From Callorhinchus milii (lineage: Eukaryota): a DNA stretch of 64,000 nt. Made by a program: the position numbers and the translations under genes. Below the pieces are notes generated by a model. It had not been told where the DNA came from and ran no database searches. It worked only from the letters and a program-made list of their open reading frames with translations. The stretch's first letter is position 1. Each line of letters opens with the position of its first letter. Below, in pieces: positions 62,426 through 64,000 of this stretch. The stretch covers positions 47,432,001 to 47,496,000 of the forward strand of contig NW_024704743.1 of NCBI RefSeq assembly GCF_018977255.1, read 5' to 3'.

Positions 62426-64000
62426 TGTGCAGAGATGCTGTTCCACAGAACAAAGACAAACAATTAAAAAAAATTGGAAATTGAATGAAATTGCAATGGT
62501 AGGGTGCTGACTTCAAAACTTTCAGCACTTAATCCCTCCTTACAAACACATGCCCACATACACCCTGCTGCTCAAGGAATAACATGTGGTTTGGAGGGTT
62601 GTTCTGTAACCATCTTGAATAACCTCTGAAAATGTAATGCAAAAGGGGATGTAATATATATACCAGAGTGATGAATGGTACCTCTTCTGAGAGAGAGGTT
62701 TTCTGAATGCTTGCTTACCTTTAATAGTCTAGTATTTGACACTTCAAACAATCAGCAAATATGATAATCTGTGGTTACAGTATTTTTCAACACATTTGTT
62801 GTGGCATGGATGATGGAAGCTTTAGAAGTCAGTTTCTAACCTCATTGATAAATGACTAATACTAAAACCAAATCTCAGTGTTTCACATTTTGTTTAAAAA
62901 CGCAAAATATTTATGGGTACTTTAGCATGAGTAATTGCTGAAGCACCATAAGTTGAGTGACCTTACTGATTGACTATGTGCAATTTTTAAAAGGATTGAG
63001 GAGAAGTGATGTGAAATTCAAAACATTATATATGTAAACGTTAACTAGTCAATGTTCAGGAAAACATAAATCATTCTGCAATGCTGCGGAAATATGTATT
63101 GCCAGCTTTTCTCAATAGATAGATTTATGTGGGGAAATATTTATTACAACTGAGCCGTAAGAAAAGCATATTGAGCCCTCAGCAACTGTGCACATTATAT
63201 TGTAATAATACAGTGAAGAAACTATTAAGAAAAAAGGCTTAATACCTGAGATTTAATTGATCTTATTTACAGCATAATTGCTCATCCATAATATGGCTCA
63301 TTGCTTTTGCCATCAAGACCTACTCAGGTTTAGATTTAGAAATAAGTTACTGACATCAGTTTTCTATTTCAAAGAAGTTTGGAAATAATACCCTAAAGAC
63401 TTATTTTTTAACCACACACAGAATCTAAATATATTCAGATTATTAGAAGAACAATTCTTTGGAACCAGCAGGTCCAAAATTTGCTTTAAAGATCCTAAGC
63501 CAAATGCTCCATTCTGACTTTCCCTGTAAAGTACCAGCTGCCACAGGCTTTCCAGCATGTTGCCATTCATCACAATCCACGTGTTGTCAATAGTCATAGC
63601 TGTATTTCAGACATATAGGTGAAATAGCACTACACATTGCAAACTGCTAAAATGAGCCGCATGGCCTTCTGTGCTGTAAATTTCTATGGTGCTGAAGATT
63701 CGTAAATATTGAATCCCGCATGTACCTGGAAGTGCTTCATGCTGACCTGCAGGGACTCCATTTCAACATTGCAAATGGCAACTTACATTTTCTGCTCTCT
63801 CTAACTTGCTGAATAATATTGATAATGTGTGGATTAAGTTACATCCACTAATAATCCAACTTCCCAAAACATTCCATAACACTATTCAAAAAGAAAAGGG
63901 AATTTCTCCCAGTCTCCTGGCTAAGAATTCCCCCATATAAAAAAAAGGCGTTCATGTTATGGCTGTTTGTAGGACAGTATACAAATCACAGCCACATTCA

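Overview
This is repeat-rich vertebrate genomic DNA with no intact protein-coding ORF. It is almost certainly from a cartilaginous fish, possibly a chimaera; that is an inference from the SacSINE1-like DeuSINEs and the shark-type CR1, L2 and Penelope remnants. The ORF track is explained by decayed L2 and CR1 LINE fragments, one degenerate hAT transposon of the SPIN/GTF2IRD2 type (44092-46076, perfect 8-bp target-site duplication), two abundant tRNA-derived SINE families sharing an L2-type 3' stem-loop tail, and chance ORFs. The unique AT-rich sequence looks intronic or intergenic. A chain of small minus-strand exon candidates exists, but I cannot assign it to a known gene and it may be chance. 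I found no CRISPR array, rRNA or genuine tRNA, and no clearly novel biological system. The most interesting observations concern retroposon biology (modular SINEs, SINE/L2 shared stem-loops, ultra-short tail insertions, a slippage array, nested insertions), a ~700-bp foldback structure, a degenerate Penelope hammerhead and several local duplications. Repeat boundaries were read by eye and are approximate unless stated as exact.
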